Part shown: positions 51,913 through 64,000 of the stretch, piece after piece
Numbering within the stretch: position 1 is the first letter of the stretch
Layout: each line of letters starts with the position of its first letter
Assembly: GCF_000150275.1 (NCBI RefSeq)
Contig: NW_002060943.1
Location: 3,127,264-3,191,263 of the forward strand
Direction of reading: 5' to 3'
Length of the DNA stretch: 64,000 nucleotides
From: Trichoplax adhaerens
Taxonomy: Eukaryota; Animalia; Placozoa
The notes under the pieces: model-generated
What the model saw: only the letters and a program-made list of their open reading frames with translations
Databases searched by the model: none
What the model was told of the DNA's origin: nothing
Translations under genes and position numbers: made by a program

Positions 51913-54900
51913 TTATAGACCTTGTGATTTAGCTCTTGTATGAAATCCAGCCCGAGTAATTGGTCTTCTGATAATATCGACTCTATCTATTTCGTGTTTT
52001 ACAACGGCACTGTGGACTCTAGGATCACCTGATTCCCTAAGAAGAAAAATTTGAAAATGTTTCAAATGCTTTGCTATTATTGTTAAATAAATAGCCAGTG
52101 ATATTCATCACTCAAAGCTTAAATTCACTAAGCAAGTAAATGAATATGAGAAAATATTCTAATTCAAATTCTTGTTCAATCCAATCCATTAAATTAATTT
52201 ACCCTAGCAAAGTTTCATCATAACTTCTACGCATCTTGTTAGCAGATAATTCTTTTTCAGATCGGCTAGTTAATGACGTTGTTGACTGTGTTATAAATCC
52301 TTTCTTAAATTTTCTGGTTCTATAATCAGATGCTGTTCTCGGTCTAGTAGTTGGAGCTTTGGGTCTAGTAGGTGTAGGAGGAAGTGGATTAATAGTCTTT
52401 TTTGACTCATTACGTGGAGATTCTTCCGATTCGCTCTCCTGTATAGCAGACATCTAGAATAATGCAATATTTTCTTATTAGTAAAATTTTAATCTATGCA
52501 ATGGTTAACTATACTTCTATAAACCACTTCAATTTGAATGATTTAATTTAAATATACGCAAACTTTTAATTTATAATAGCATTTACCTCAATATTATCGA
52601 TGCCAAGAGTGACCCTACGGTAGTAAATTCAGCATGAATTAGTATCAATTTTTACTTTCATCTTTATCTTTAAAGATCATTTACAAGTAAATAGAAAAAT
52701 TTTTATCTTAAATATATAGTTTGTGCACGGAGATAAACTACGGGAATTAAATAGCATCCTACCAAGTGTGCATTAATCAAACGAGCTCAAGTAATCCTAC
52801 TACGACAATGTTGTGATGCTATTGTACATGTATACTTAGAAAGAAAAGTGGCAGTGAAATCAGTATATGCCCTATACAGATATAATAACTAAAGATATGG
52901 AATCTTTGCTAAGTACCTTTCATATTGTGTCTTCCATGCTTTTAATTCGGTTATAACATCTTCTTTACTAATACTGCCACGGCTTTCTTCTTCGTACGTA
53001 TGTTCCGGATGAAATCCAGTTGTAGATGGAGTAGAACTATACAAGACAGCAGTAGCTGTTTTATAAGATTTAAATGCGTCCATTGATTTTGAGAGAAGGT
53101 CCTGCTCGAGTTAACATCAAGGTCCATATACTTTAGTTAAGTCTCGATTTTTATTGTATAGTAAGTATCAGTTTTCACAGATATGTAGTAAAACTGATAA
53201 CTAAAAATCGATCATTAATTAAGTTACCTTATTTTTCTTTCTTGATCGAAGTGCTCGAACTGGATTTCCACAAATGACTTCGCTAGATCCTGTTATATAA
53301 TAATAACGCTTACCTATGTAATATTTCCTAATATCTATAATAGTGTTTCACCGACAATAGCTGAATTTACGGTAAAAATGATTTACAATTTTGCAATGGA
53401 ATTAGCTCTTTTCATATACATAAGCAGGAGTGAATAAATAATAACAACAAATCTTACCATGAGTTAAAGAGCTACTGTTATCATTTTCCATAAGCAGAGT
53501 GGATGTTTGATCTGGTTATAGCAGAAGTAGAAATATCAATAAGCGATACCAACAAGAATTTTACTCTTACAGTCTTTAAAGTAACAAATTTGTTTCTAAA
53601 TCACACCGTAAATATTTACTTTTATGAGTATAACATAATGAATGATATTGCCTACCAAGTGATGATGGCGTTGGAGTGAGCATAGGTGAAACTGATCGAG
53701 TCGATGCTACCGATTGTGGCCGACGTAAAATTTGCGATTCGGATTTTAGACGGCCAGAATTTGGCCTCTGGTTTACTGAATAATAATTAAAAATTAATAA
53801 TTTGTAAATGAACATCGATATTACTAATAAAAGATTTTTGTTCTACTAACAATAGGTATGATTTCACTTCGGTAAATCTATTAAGACTGATTGGCGAGAC
53901 TGACAACATGAGAGAAAGCTTATTTAATAGCGATATTCTTACTAGGAGGTGTATGTGCCATGTTTTCATATTGCTCTTGATATGATCTATCTTCTATATG
54001 TTGCTTTTCATCGACCATATCAAAGGCGATTTGATCAACAGGTTCATTATCGATAAACTTTAGATTGGGTAAAGTTGTTCTAACGGTATTTTTGTAGTTA
54101 TAATTTTCAATTTCCTACAGTAAATATATTGTATCAAAGTTAAAGATATCGCATAAAATATACTTTGCAAAATCAAGCTACGGCTATATAAAATCCAACG
54201 CAGGAAATAGCAGTGATAGTCATTAGCAGTATTTACTTCTTGGCTAGCATTTATATCTGGCGAAAAGCAAACTGGGTTGCCCTCAAGAGTTAATGTTACT
54301 AATGCAGGACATAGTGTTAGAAAACCAATCTGCGAAGAGCTATTAACGCCATTCCTATTTTTAATTAAAAAGCAAAAATTTTTTGATAAGAAGTTTAGAA
54401 AAAGATACGCTATTAGCTTGAAGCTAGCAGAACTCATCTTTACTTCGATACAAATGTACATGAATTGTTATGATAAATTTTTTCGTTTAGGAAATAACAA
54501 AATAATATAACTTATCCTACATATAAGATATTTTTATTTAAATCAAGAAGTTCGTGTGTATGATATTAATGTTTAAAAGTAAAAAAATAATAATGATTTT
54601 ATACTGATTATTGCAATATTTGAAATTTAACTTACATAACATATCAATAGCTATAAAATAGTAAAATTACCCTTCTAAGTCTAACACTTCAATGTTTTCA
54701 AGCATGCTAATTGGACTGATATCATTGATGGTATTGTAGGCTAGATATAGCTCCTGTTCAATTAGTAAAAATCAAAATTAGCCACATAAACAATACAAAA
54801 TTATATACAATAATACTATAACAGTAAAATTATCGAAAATGAGATCGGAAAACGGGATATTACAAAGTGCTCCTTTCGAAGTAAGTAATATAATGCAGAA

Positions 54901-56231
54901 GGCATTTGAATTACCTTTAAGGATGATAAACAACTTATTCCATCCACTTCATTTAATTGACAACGAGGCATCCACAATATTTTTAAATTAACTAATGAAG
55001 TTCCTAAATCTCTATTGATAGAAATCGAAATTTGTTATCGCTAATGAGAAAACTAATATTCTATATAGGCATATTTAATGATTGAATTCTACTAAATTTA
55101 GGACGGTATGACATATGAATATATATATATATATTACCTAACTGATGAAATAATACTGTTGGTTAATTTCAACTCATAAAGATTAGGTAACCATATACCT
55201 GTTTCATGGTATGTGCATGAATGAAAAGGAATAGAAACAAGAATATTAATTCACAACAATATTATAATAATTAACTATTACTCAGTTATTTTATAATAAC
55301 ATTATTTTTAATCATTTTGATACTAGTCACGCAATAATATTACAGTAAATCGATTTAAATTACGGACTCATAACATGAAAGTAAAATTAGTAATGATAGA
55401 ATAATTACCAAAATTTCCTAATGTATTATCTGTTGTGTTAACTCTGATTTCTAAATAGTTTACTTCGCCTAGATTAGTACATCCTGTCAACGATTGCTAT
55501 TTAGGTTTAAATAACAAGAAAAGGAAGACACCAAAATAGTTTAAATGGATCGTTCATTAAATTATTATACACATAAGAGTAGGTCAAAATATTTAAAACA
55601 GAAGTTAAAGCTGATATTGCAGTAGGACTAACTAGCTTTCGAGGGGATAAGTATTCCTCAAATAAGTCGGCATCTTCGTTATCTTTTTGTGATGGCTCAG
55701 GATTTTCACGCAATGTTGAATAACTGGTTATTTGAATAAGACGATGAGAATTTGATGGTGCTGTTTCATTTTCAATCTCTTCCGTGGTAAATTCTTCATC
55801 CGCTATCCCTCTATTAATTGAATAACTGTAAATAAAGGAAAAAGTAGAGATATATTTAGTATTTTATGGGATTATTTCACAATTAGTACTATCTATTATG
55901 TGACCATGCTTATTTGTTGAGTTTCGGTAGATTGTCTATACCATATTTCTGACTCTTTTTAGCTGACGCCAGTCTTAATCAATCAGTCATTTTAAAATCA
56001 TAGTAGAATATACTAACTAAACGTAATATTTCAACTTAATATATTATACTCAAACAGTGATTGATGTTTACCTTGGAGTGATAACAGCAACAATTATAAA
56101 ACTGATGACTAATGTACAGAGTGGCAATAGAGCCGATGAGTTGTTGATTTGTATATTTAGTGAAGGTTGTAGTTGAAGTATTCTTTTTCTTACCTTTGGT
56201 TGTTATTTGCCTTGGGTTCTGCACATGCCAT
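51913..56231 (-). CDS. LRRC56: Leucine-rich repeat-containing protein 56 (motile cilia, dynein-arm transport), about 14 exons
   Basis: The spliced exons give EEYLSPRKL|QSLTG..LGNF|GIWLPNLYELKL..|RDLGTSLVNLKILWMPRC..|ELYLAYNTINDISP..LDLEG|N..LCPALVTLTLEGNPVC, matching the recalled LRRC56 sequence. A phase-compatible first exon MACAEPKANNNQ lies at 56194-56231 and the stop is at 51913. Confidence 0.88.
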
Positions 56232-56639
56232 TGTACTTGGACAAGTAGAAATGCAAGTATATCAGCGATCGTCAATGTAACTGTGAAGAATTGATGTACA
56301 TAATGAATTTACTATTTAGTCTCTACATGCGTATTTTGATCATTTCTTATCACGTAAGTAATAAGCTGGCTTAACGAATAGATATAAGTTGATGATTTTA
56401 GATTTTTTGTAGTATTTGTTAATATATTGATATCTCGTTCTTGATTAATTATTTGTAAATTGCCGTATAGGATAAGAGTTGGTCGACTAATTTTAAGATA
56501 TAGGATCCAATACGTAATAAGTTAACGTGTTCTTCTATTACTGGATAAAAGGTGGTGCAGCGTACATTTACTTGCGATAGAATAGATTATTAGTATGGAT
56601 TCACTCAATTTATGTACTGGTAGTGGACATCGTATGGGA

Positions 56640-57720
56640 AGGGGGAATGGTTGCAATAAACAACCGTTAGTCAGCGTTGATTTATGTCTATGCTATGGCT
56701 AAAAGTTATCCAATCTGCAATATAATATATGCCGTAAGAGTATCTCATGCGTGCTTCCGCTAGTTTAGTGCTTCCATTCCCAAGATTCAGGGTAGTCATG
56801 GTGAAAAGTCGAGATGCATGCTGGGGTTTATTGCGCATGCGTCTTCAATTCCAATACAATACTATATTTAGTGGTGTCTGTCGTACCATGTTTAGTTCAG
56901 TACTGTAGCTTGCATAATCTACTATCCAGTAGATCTACAGTACAGTATACAATACTGGATGTAGCCAACTAGTGGTTTACATTCTGTCGCATAGAAGCCT
57001 TCAGATTTTATGCCGCTTGCCGAAAGAGTAAATAAGTTTGGCTTCATTAATAAGCCAAATTCTTCCCTGAATTTTTCAGAGTTGTCTCTGTAGAGATGTA
57101 CAGAACAGTACTGTACACCAGAGAAGCTAAAATTACCAACTGTACGTATAGTGCACGGTACTGCATAGTATTGACTGTCCTTGGACCACTCAATATTCAA
57201 TAGTCAATTATCTATGAACTTGTAAATTTCCCATTCGTATGAACAGGTACATATTCTACACAAAGTAATACATTAAAAGATAATTCACAGCTAAATTATC
57301 TTACACACTAGATTTCCTACGTATATAAATTTAATATTGGGGTGGATATCTTAAGCACAAGGATTCAAGGTAAAGTTAATGGCACATAATGGTCGATTAT
57401 GCCATTACTTTTACACTACTATATTCATTTTGAACCAATCAAAAATGATTGGACAACCCAGACAGACAGACAGTAAACGTTTGATGTACGCTGTACACTG
57501 TACAGTACTGTACAGCGTATCGTATGTGAGTCTGGGCTGTCTGGCTGACTCATAGTCAGGTCTACACCGTCTACTCATAGTGCAGGTGTGAAAGAGTCAC
57601 GTGATCAACGGTTGTTTCCCGATTCTGGCTTTTGATTGGCTTATTGGTCTGTTCAATAATTTCAAAAGTAAGTTGGTTTGTTATCATGGTGTGAATGACT
57701 GACGTAACACGATCGATCTT
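56640..57720. promoter_or_regulatory. Divergent promoter region between LRRC56 and the RhoGEF gene
   Basis: It contains an NRF1-like TGCGCATGCG (about 56832), several CCAAT/ATTGG boxes (57435, 57448, 57635, 57643), GTCACGTGAT (57596) and TGACGTAA (about 57700). Confidence 0.45.
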
Positions 57721-58351
57721 GGATTCATACTTTAGCACTTTACAGACGTGCATAACAAGCCACAAGTTAAAAAATTGCAGCTTAGTCTTCGTATTGATTC
57801 TGTGAGACAGAACTTGCACTGGCTACTTCAATGATAGGCAACTCCAAAATAGACACTGATTTTCCAATCATCAACAGTTAACCAAGACTGCTAAGTTTTG
57901 TTTCATTCACAGGAAATTGAACATTCATTATTTCTATAATCGTTAAAGAAAGCTCATCAACGTCTCAAATTGGCACTATCTTATTTGGCTTCATTACTTT
58001 TTCTCATTGAAAGTTGGAAATTGCCAATTGAACCAGGTAAAATCGAGTAAAAAAGGCGCCTAATGTTTTCGTGAGTGACAATTAAAAAATGATTAAATCT
58101 TATGGATCAATGTTGATCCAATCTTGTTACAGTCAGGAAGGAAAATTACATCAGGATAAAATCAAATAGTCTTTTAAATTTACATTAGAGGAATTTCTAA
58201 ATCCATGGCAAGGTTGTACAGAGCAGCCATAACCTGCTTCACCTTGTAGTAAAAATGTCATCCGCTCGTATTGGGGTGACACGTCAGTTACGTCACATAC
58301 GGGTATTCAAAATTTATCTACTAACATTGATCTTGTTCAATCTATATCTAG

Positions 58352-61300
58352 ATGGAAAACATGGAAGTAAACGAGACTGTGACCACCCCTTTAGTAAATC
58401 AAGGTAGGGACTTTCAGAATAAATGATGTCTTTCACTCACTTTAATTGCTTCATTGAACGTTACACGATGATACAATAGTATAAAAATGGACGATACTAC
58501 TAATGAATTGGAAAGAAATAAAGTTGAAATAATTAACGAATCCAATTTAATGACATGACCATGAATGATTTGCTGACAATTTATTTCCTTGAATATGTTC
58601 AAAGCGATATTTTGAGACCTTGATGATTTTTTAACTGTCAAGGGGTTGTTTGGGTGATCTGTTGACCAACATCGAGAGTAGTCTGTTTTTATTTCCAGTG
58701 CAGAGAATCACTCTCCTTTGTAGCACACACTTATTCCAACACCCATTCTGCAATAAATTCCAGGATGATTGTTATTAATTTGATTACTTCTTCTAAATCT
58801 TTGGTATGCAGATCACTAAATCATACAGTATATGATCATTGATCTATAAGATGTTCTGGATAACTGGTGATAATGATACCTGTTGGGAGATGTAGTACAG
58901 AATGAAGTAGTACAATTACTGTAAATGTAGTTACGCAACATCAATAGTCTATTATAACATAGCAGGTCTATTCTAATTTCTAGTACACAGAATCACTCTC
59001 CTTTGCAGCACCTCTCTTAATACTAACGCTACCCATTCAGAATAAATGTTATTGGCTTGCTTAACTCATGACAGTCCTTTGCAAGAAGATCACAAATTAT
59101 ACGGTATACCGTATAATCCAAAGATATCCTAGATTCGAAATCTTATTGGATTTTTTCTACATTAAAAGTGATTCATTGCCCGCATTTAGAATAAATAATA
59201 TAGAAATTATCGCTATATTCATTGAATTTCATCTACGTATAGGCGTTATAGCATTATTATTATTATTCATGTTCCTTTCAGTGTTGGCGTGCACGTATAT
59301 AAAGCTTCTGCTGTACATACTAGTTTGCACGGAACCTTTAACGTTGTTCTCTATTTTACAATTGCAATACATTTTAATTTTACAAATTATTTTCAATTCC
59401 TATTTGTTAGAATCGACAATTCCAGCTGGCAAAAATGTCAACAGTATGATTAGCATGTTTAACTCCTATTCAGCGTCCAAAGAGAATCGTGATAACCCTA
59501 TCCCTCGTAGAAAATTTGGTGTCGATGCACCAGGATATCAGTCAACTCCTCTTATTAAGAAATATACTGATACTAATCGAAATATGAAAAAGCATAAGAA
59601 AATTCTTGCGATATCGAATCTTAACAATATTACTAATGTTACATCGAGTCCTAATGGCAATACTCAAGAAGAAAATTGGAATCATATCGATGAATTTAAA
59701 AAAGATCAAAAGTGCGATATGGTAGATGTAGCTACTTCCGAATTTATGTGTTTATCTATGGTTGTCAATTATAATGCGGATGAATCTAGGGTAAGAAGAT
59801 TACGATCTATCATTAATATAGTCAATGTTTGGCATTCATTTTAGGCTAGATAAAACAAGTATCGATTGAAAATTTACTTCATTACTGATCAACTATCACT
59901 CTTTATGTTCGTGTATATTATTAGAATGATTTAACCACAGACATGTTCACCTGTAATAACGAATTTAATACCAGTGACAATATTGAACAATCTGCCCATC
60001 TGGAAGATGAGAAGCCAAGTAATTCAAACTGCTTTTCTGCTGTAAACCCTCCGTTGACGGGTGAGGAAGCAGCGAGCGATGATTGCACACAGCAAGATTC
60101 CAAAGCATCAGAGGAGGCAAGCGATAATTATAACCAAGATACTAAAAGCGGTGATCCTCAAGGCCCGGGAGATGAAAATATCGACATAGGGAGTATATCC
60201 AATTTAACTAATGTCAGTGATAGTAGTGCAATCCAGGAGTATAGCGATGATGGAGATAATGATAATGATTTAGCAAGCAACAAAAAAGTCCCTAGGCAAG
60301 ACAGTAAAGAAAAATTTTATAATATGCTAATGGCAATATCGCAGGAATATGGCATCAATTCTACTAAGGATGCAAGCCCTATTTTAAATAATTACCCAAA
60401 GACAATCGAAGAAGAGGTTATTGAATATTCAATGCAGAATAGCAGCAATGCGCCTAAATCGCAGGTATCTCTGATGGCTAACTCAGAGTGCAGTAGTCCT
60501 ACTCATCACCAAACTACTAAATCAAGGAATACTAATTACGTAACAGCAACGTCGGTAAATTCCCCTATAGCTGCTCCAGAAATCACACCAGTAAAAATAG
60601 GATATGGCGTTGATAGTAACCCTAATATTAATTGTGAAGAATCCCCTGATGCTCGTAGCCAAATAGACGCTCAAAGAGATTCACCTAACACAATGCTCAA
60701 TTCCTTGTGCGATAACTCTGTAGAAAAAGCTAATCTATATGAGAAAAAACGCCAAGCGATGCATAAACACAAACATCAAAGCTACCGGACATCAACATTT
60801 ATTAATCCGCCGTCATTATCTGACTGCAATACCAGTAATGAAGAATCTCCATTAGCTAAAACTATTAATAGCGATATAAATGCTTCAATAATGCAGTCCG
60901 CTGCATCTCGGCCTGAGGTGAGGAAAAGATTCAATCAGTGTTCACCTCAAGATGAATTAAGTGCTTTACCAGAAACTAATATCGGCAATATTAAGATACA
61001 ATTAGACTTAGTTAAATCTCCTATACCGGAAGCGCCAACGGCTAATTCAGAAGAATCTCATGTTGTCTATGAAGAATCACGTTATATCGATAATACGCAT
61101 ATGAGTAACCTATCAGCTGGAACTTCGATTTTAAAAAGCTCGAAGCGTTATCGTCGGCTGTTTGGTAAAAAGAAAAACAGATTTGGAGATTCGGTAATGT
61201 CGACAAATCATAACGATACTAGTATGGCATCTAATACAAGTATTTTAGGCAAGCGCTTCAAAAAGAAAAAGAAGACTTTAGCTGCTCAACAAAGTACAAA

Positions 61301-64000
61301 GTTACTAATGTCATTACATGGTGAAGAGTTAAATGATCAAACAGTTCAATCAATGACACTACTGGCTATTCATGATGATGTTGCACAGCAAAAGTTAGCA
61401 TTAGCTAAAAAGTATCGTAAGGTAGAAGCTGAAGTTTTTCAATCAGAGAGAACATATCAACGTCACCTCAGAGTAATTATTAAGGTTAGTGTTATTTTTT
61501 GTACCCAGTATCATAACGAATAATTAGGTATATTTATTAAAGTACATATCAAGATTATTTATCATAACAATTATTTTAAGTATTTGCCTTATATGTGTAT
61601 CGATCTTGATTAAAATTATCTTATAAATATTAATACAATCTGGTAACATTTACTTTTAATGAATTATTATATCGTTCTTGTAGCATTTTTTGGAGCCATT
61701 ACGCAATCACGGGTACATTCCTGATGCTGAAATTGATGGTATATTTTCCAATATTGAACAAATTTTACATGTGAATGAAGAATTGTTGAAGAGAATGACG
61801 CGGTTTGGTATTGCCGAAGCATTTGCAGCTTTAACTCCTTTTCTAAAGCTTTACTCTCTCTATGCCAGCAATTATGATAGAGCAATCCATTTAATCGTTG
61901 TAAGTTAACCTTGCCTTATTGATGAAATTAATTTTGTATGATTAACATTTCCCTTGATGGCTGACGTTGATGCAGTATCTTTTTTATTTAATCAGTGATT
62001 TTTGAATATTGTATTGCATTTAGAAATGGGAGAAAATATCGGAAGATTTTGCGTCTTTTAAGAAGTCAAAAGAAAGTGGCAGTATCGTAAAAGGCCAAAA
62101 GTTAATGTCTCTGCTTATTATGCCTGTTCAACGTATTCCACGTTATAAACTCCTTTTAGAAGAATTATTAAATCTATCGCGTCCTGGTGATAAGGATTAC
62201 TTAAAATTAAAACGTAGGTTTGAGCCTAAAGTCTTATTTCAGGATTTAAATTTATCATTAATGTACTATAAACTGGGATGAGAGATTATAATACCTAATG
62301 ATTTTATTGCTAATTATGCAAATAACATAATAAGAGTCCTACGTTCTATTACATAGAATCAGTTGAAGATATAACTAAAGTTGTCGAGTTTGTTAATGAA
62401 AAAATCCGCGAACATCAAGACTACGACAAAGTCATTATGATACAAAATAAGTTTAAAGGGAATTCAGCTCCGAATTTTGTAGCTCCAGGTTTGATACTAA
62501 TAAGTGAAGATTAGTTTTAATTGATAATTTAGTTACTCACTCTTTCAGTCTTATATTGCAATTTCAATGGATAACAATATAGATGTTGATTGAGTAGCTG
62601 CACATTCGCTAAATTTTAAATTGCATTATTCCTTGTGTTGAAAGTTAATGTTAATTTGTAAGTGTAACAGAAATATTTCACTGTTTATTATTTAAAGGCC
62701 GAAAATTAATTAAAGAAGGGTCATTGTGGAAGGTACGATTTACTAATCCGATTCAAATTCTCAATAAATACGTAGCACGCCTGTCATTGCTTAGACTATT
62801 AATTTATTATTATCTATTTAATTGGTAGCATTTAGATTGTTGACTTTTATAACTATTCAAACTAGACTAATTGTTGGAAAATATCCTTTTTGCAGGTCTG
62901 CGGCAAAAAATCGAAGATTAGAATGTTTTTTCTGTTTTCTGATATCTTAGTCTATGCTAGACAAGCCTTTACATTTGGTGCTAATAATTCAATAAGGTAC
63001 CTGTGTCTTTTTTACTATTTATTTAAAAAGTAAATAGACGGCCCAGTTTGTAAGCTGTAAAAACCTACAGTACAGTTTAAATTTTTCAAAGATACGTAGA
63101 AATAACTTCGTTATAGTCTTCAATGTTAATTTTGTTTTTCTTGACATAAAATATTGCGTTTCCACTACAGAAATTATGAGTGTCGTGGAATTTTACCTCT
63201 TTCATATTGCTCGATTGTGGAAATATTTGGCGGTAGCGAGAACGCCGATGCTGGTGGCTTGGTTAAATTGACTTGCAAAGGAAAATCGTTTTTACTATAT
63301 TCAAATGATCGTCTAGAGATTCAAGGATGGAGTAAAGAATTGAAAAATGCGATTAGGTATATTTTGCAATGTATATAGGGTCAATGCATTGATAAGGATG
63401 CAATTACCATTATTTCTAACTTTTTTTGTATTTAATTACAGAAACGCACTTGAATCTCGACTGTCGTTAAAAAAGTTGATAGTAGATAGCGATGTGGTAA
63501 GAGTTAAGAAGAAGACTACCATCAGTTTACCCCCTAGAAGATTTAGTCTCAGAAGGAAGAGTCGCACTCCTAAAAGAATTAAGGAGGTAGATTATGCAAC
63601 TCGATGTGTTACCCTAATTATGGTCACTCCTAACATATTGACAATCCTTGCGTTGATGCGATCCATTGATAATTATAATTTTTAATTATATTCTTACAAA
63701 TAGTACTTATCAGAAAGCTGTATGGACAGCTTATATCCAATGCGAAAAGAACTGATTCCACATCATACACCTAAAGTTGCCAGATACAATAGAGAACGAT
63801 CAAAAAACTTGGAAACTCAGAAAAGTAATGTTAAATGCGATGCTAATGAAGCACTTTTGACACCAAGTAAAGCCGTTGAAGAGTAAGTTACTATCCAGTA
63901 ATTATTGAGTTGTCTATAAAATAGTAATATTTAGATTAACCGGAGAATTAGTTGCTGTCACTCAACTGAGATAGATGGGGAATATGACATGAAAAAGCTA
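58352..64000 (+). CDS. ARHGEF39: DH-PH Rho guanine nucleotide exchange factor, ARHGEF39-like, with a long N-terminal extension; truncated by the window end
   Basis: Exons at 58352-58403, 59411-59790 and 59925-61484, then from 61684 onward. DH motifs are EVFQSERTY, IFSNIEQI and LLIMPVQRIPRYKLLLEEL. The PH segment RMFFLFSDILVYA..YECRGILPL..IFG..GGLVKL..LLYSND...W resembles the recalled ARHGEF39 PH domain. The orthology call is less certain than the DH-PH call. Confidence 0.8.
58703..59047. repeat. Two imperfect ~60-bp direct repeats in RhoGEF intron 1
   Basis: agaatcactctcctttg.agcac...acccattc..aataaat occurs at about 58704 and 58989. Confidence 0.7.

Noticed and set aside
59068-59410. Hydrophobic, TM-like N-terminus of the 258-aa ORF
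   Set aside because: It is better explained as intron read-through. The acceptor at 59409-59410 joins in phase with the exon at 58352-58403.

Overview
AT-rich eukaryotic (animal) genomic DNA with short GT-AG introns. Gene content and style suggest a compact early-branching metazoan such as a placozoan, but this is an inference. In order, the window holds: the last exon of an SDHAF2 homologue; two intronless, CAAX-terminated Rac/Rho-like genes whose nucleotide-binding and catalytic motifs are eroded (putative pseudo-GTPases), surrounded by three degenerate 120-190 bp tandem arrays; three tandem 9-exon cathepsin D-like aspartic proteases, one a recent segmental duplicate with strongly accelerated protein divergence; two tandem 8-exon 4-coumarate:CoA ligase/luciferase-like adenylate-forming enzymes that share a GC-AG intron and show signs of 3' gene conversion; an intronless GT10 alpha-1,3-fucosyltransferase; LRRC56; and, head-to-head with LRRC56, an ARHGEF39-like DH-PH RhoGEF with a long N-terminal extension that runs off the window end. 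No tRNA, rRNA, CRISPR array or autonomous transposon was recognised. The best novelty candidates are the paired 'LDG'-signature Rho pseudo-GTPases and the apparently neofunctionalised cathepsin D copy. Exon boundaries were derived by hand and may be off by a few bases.
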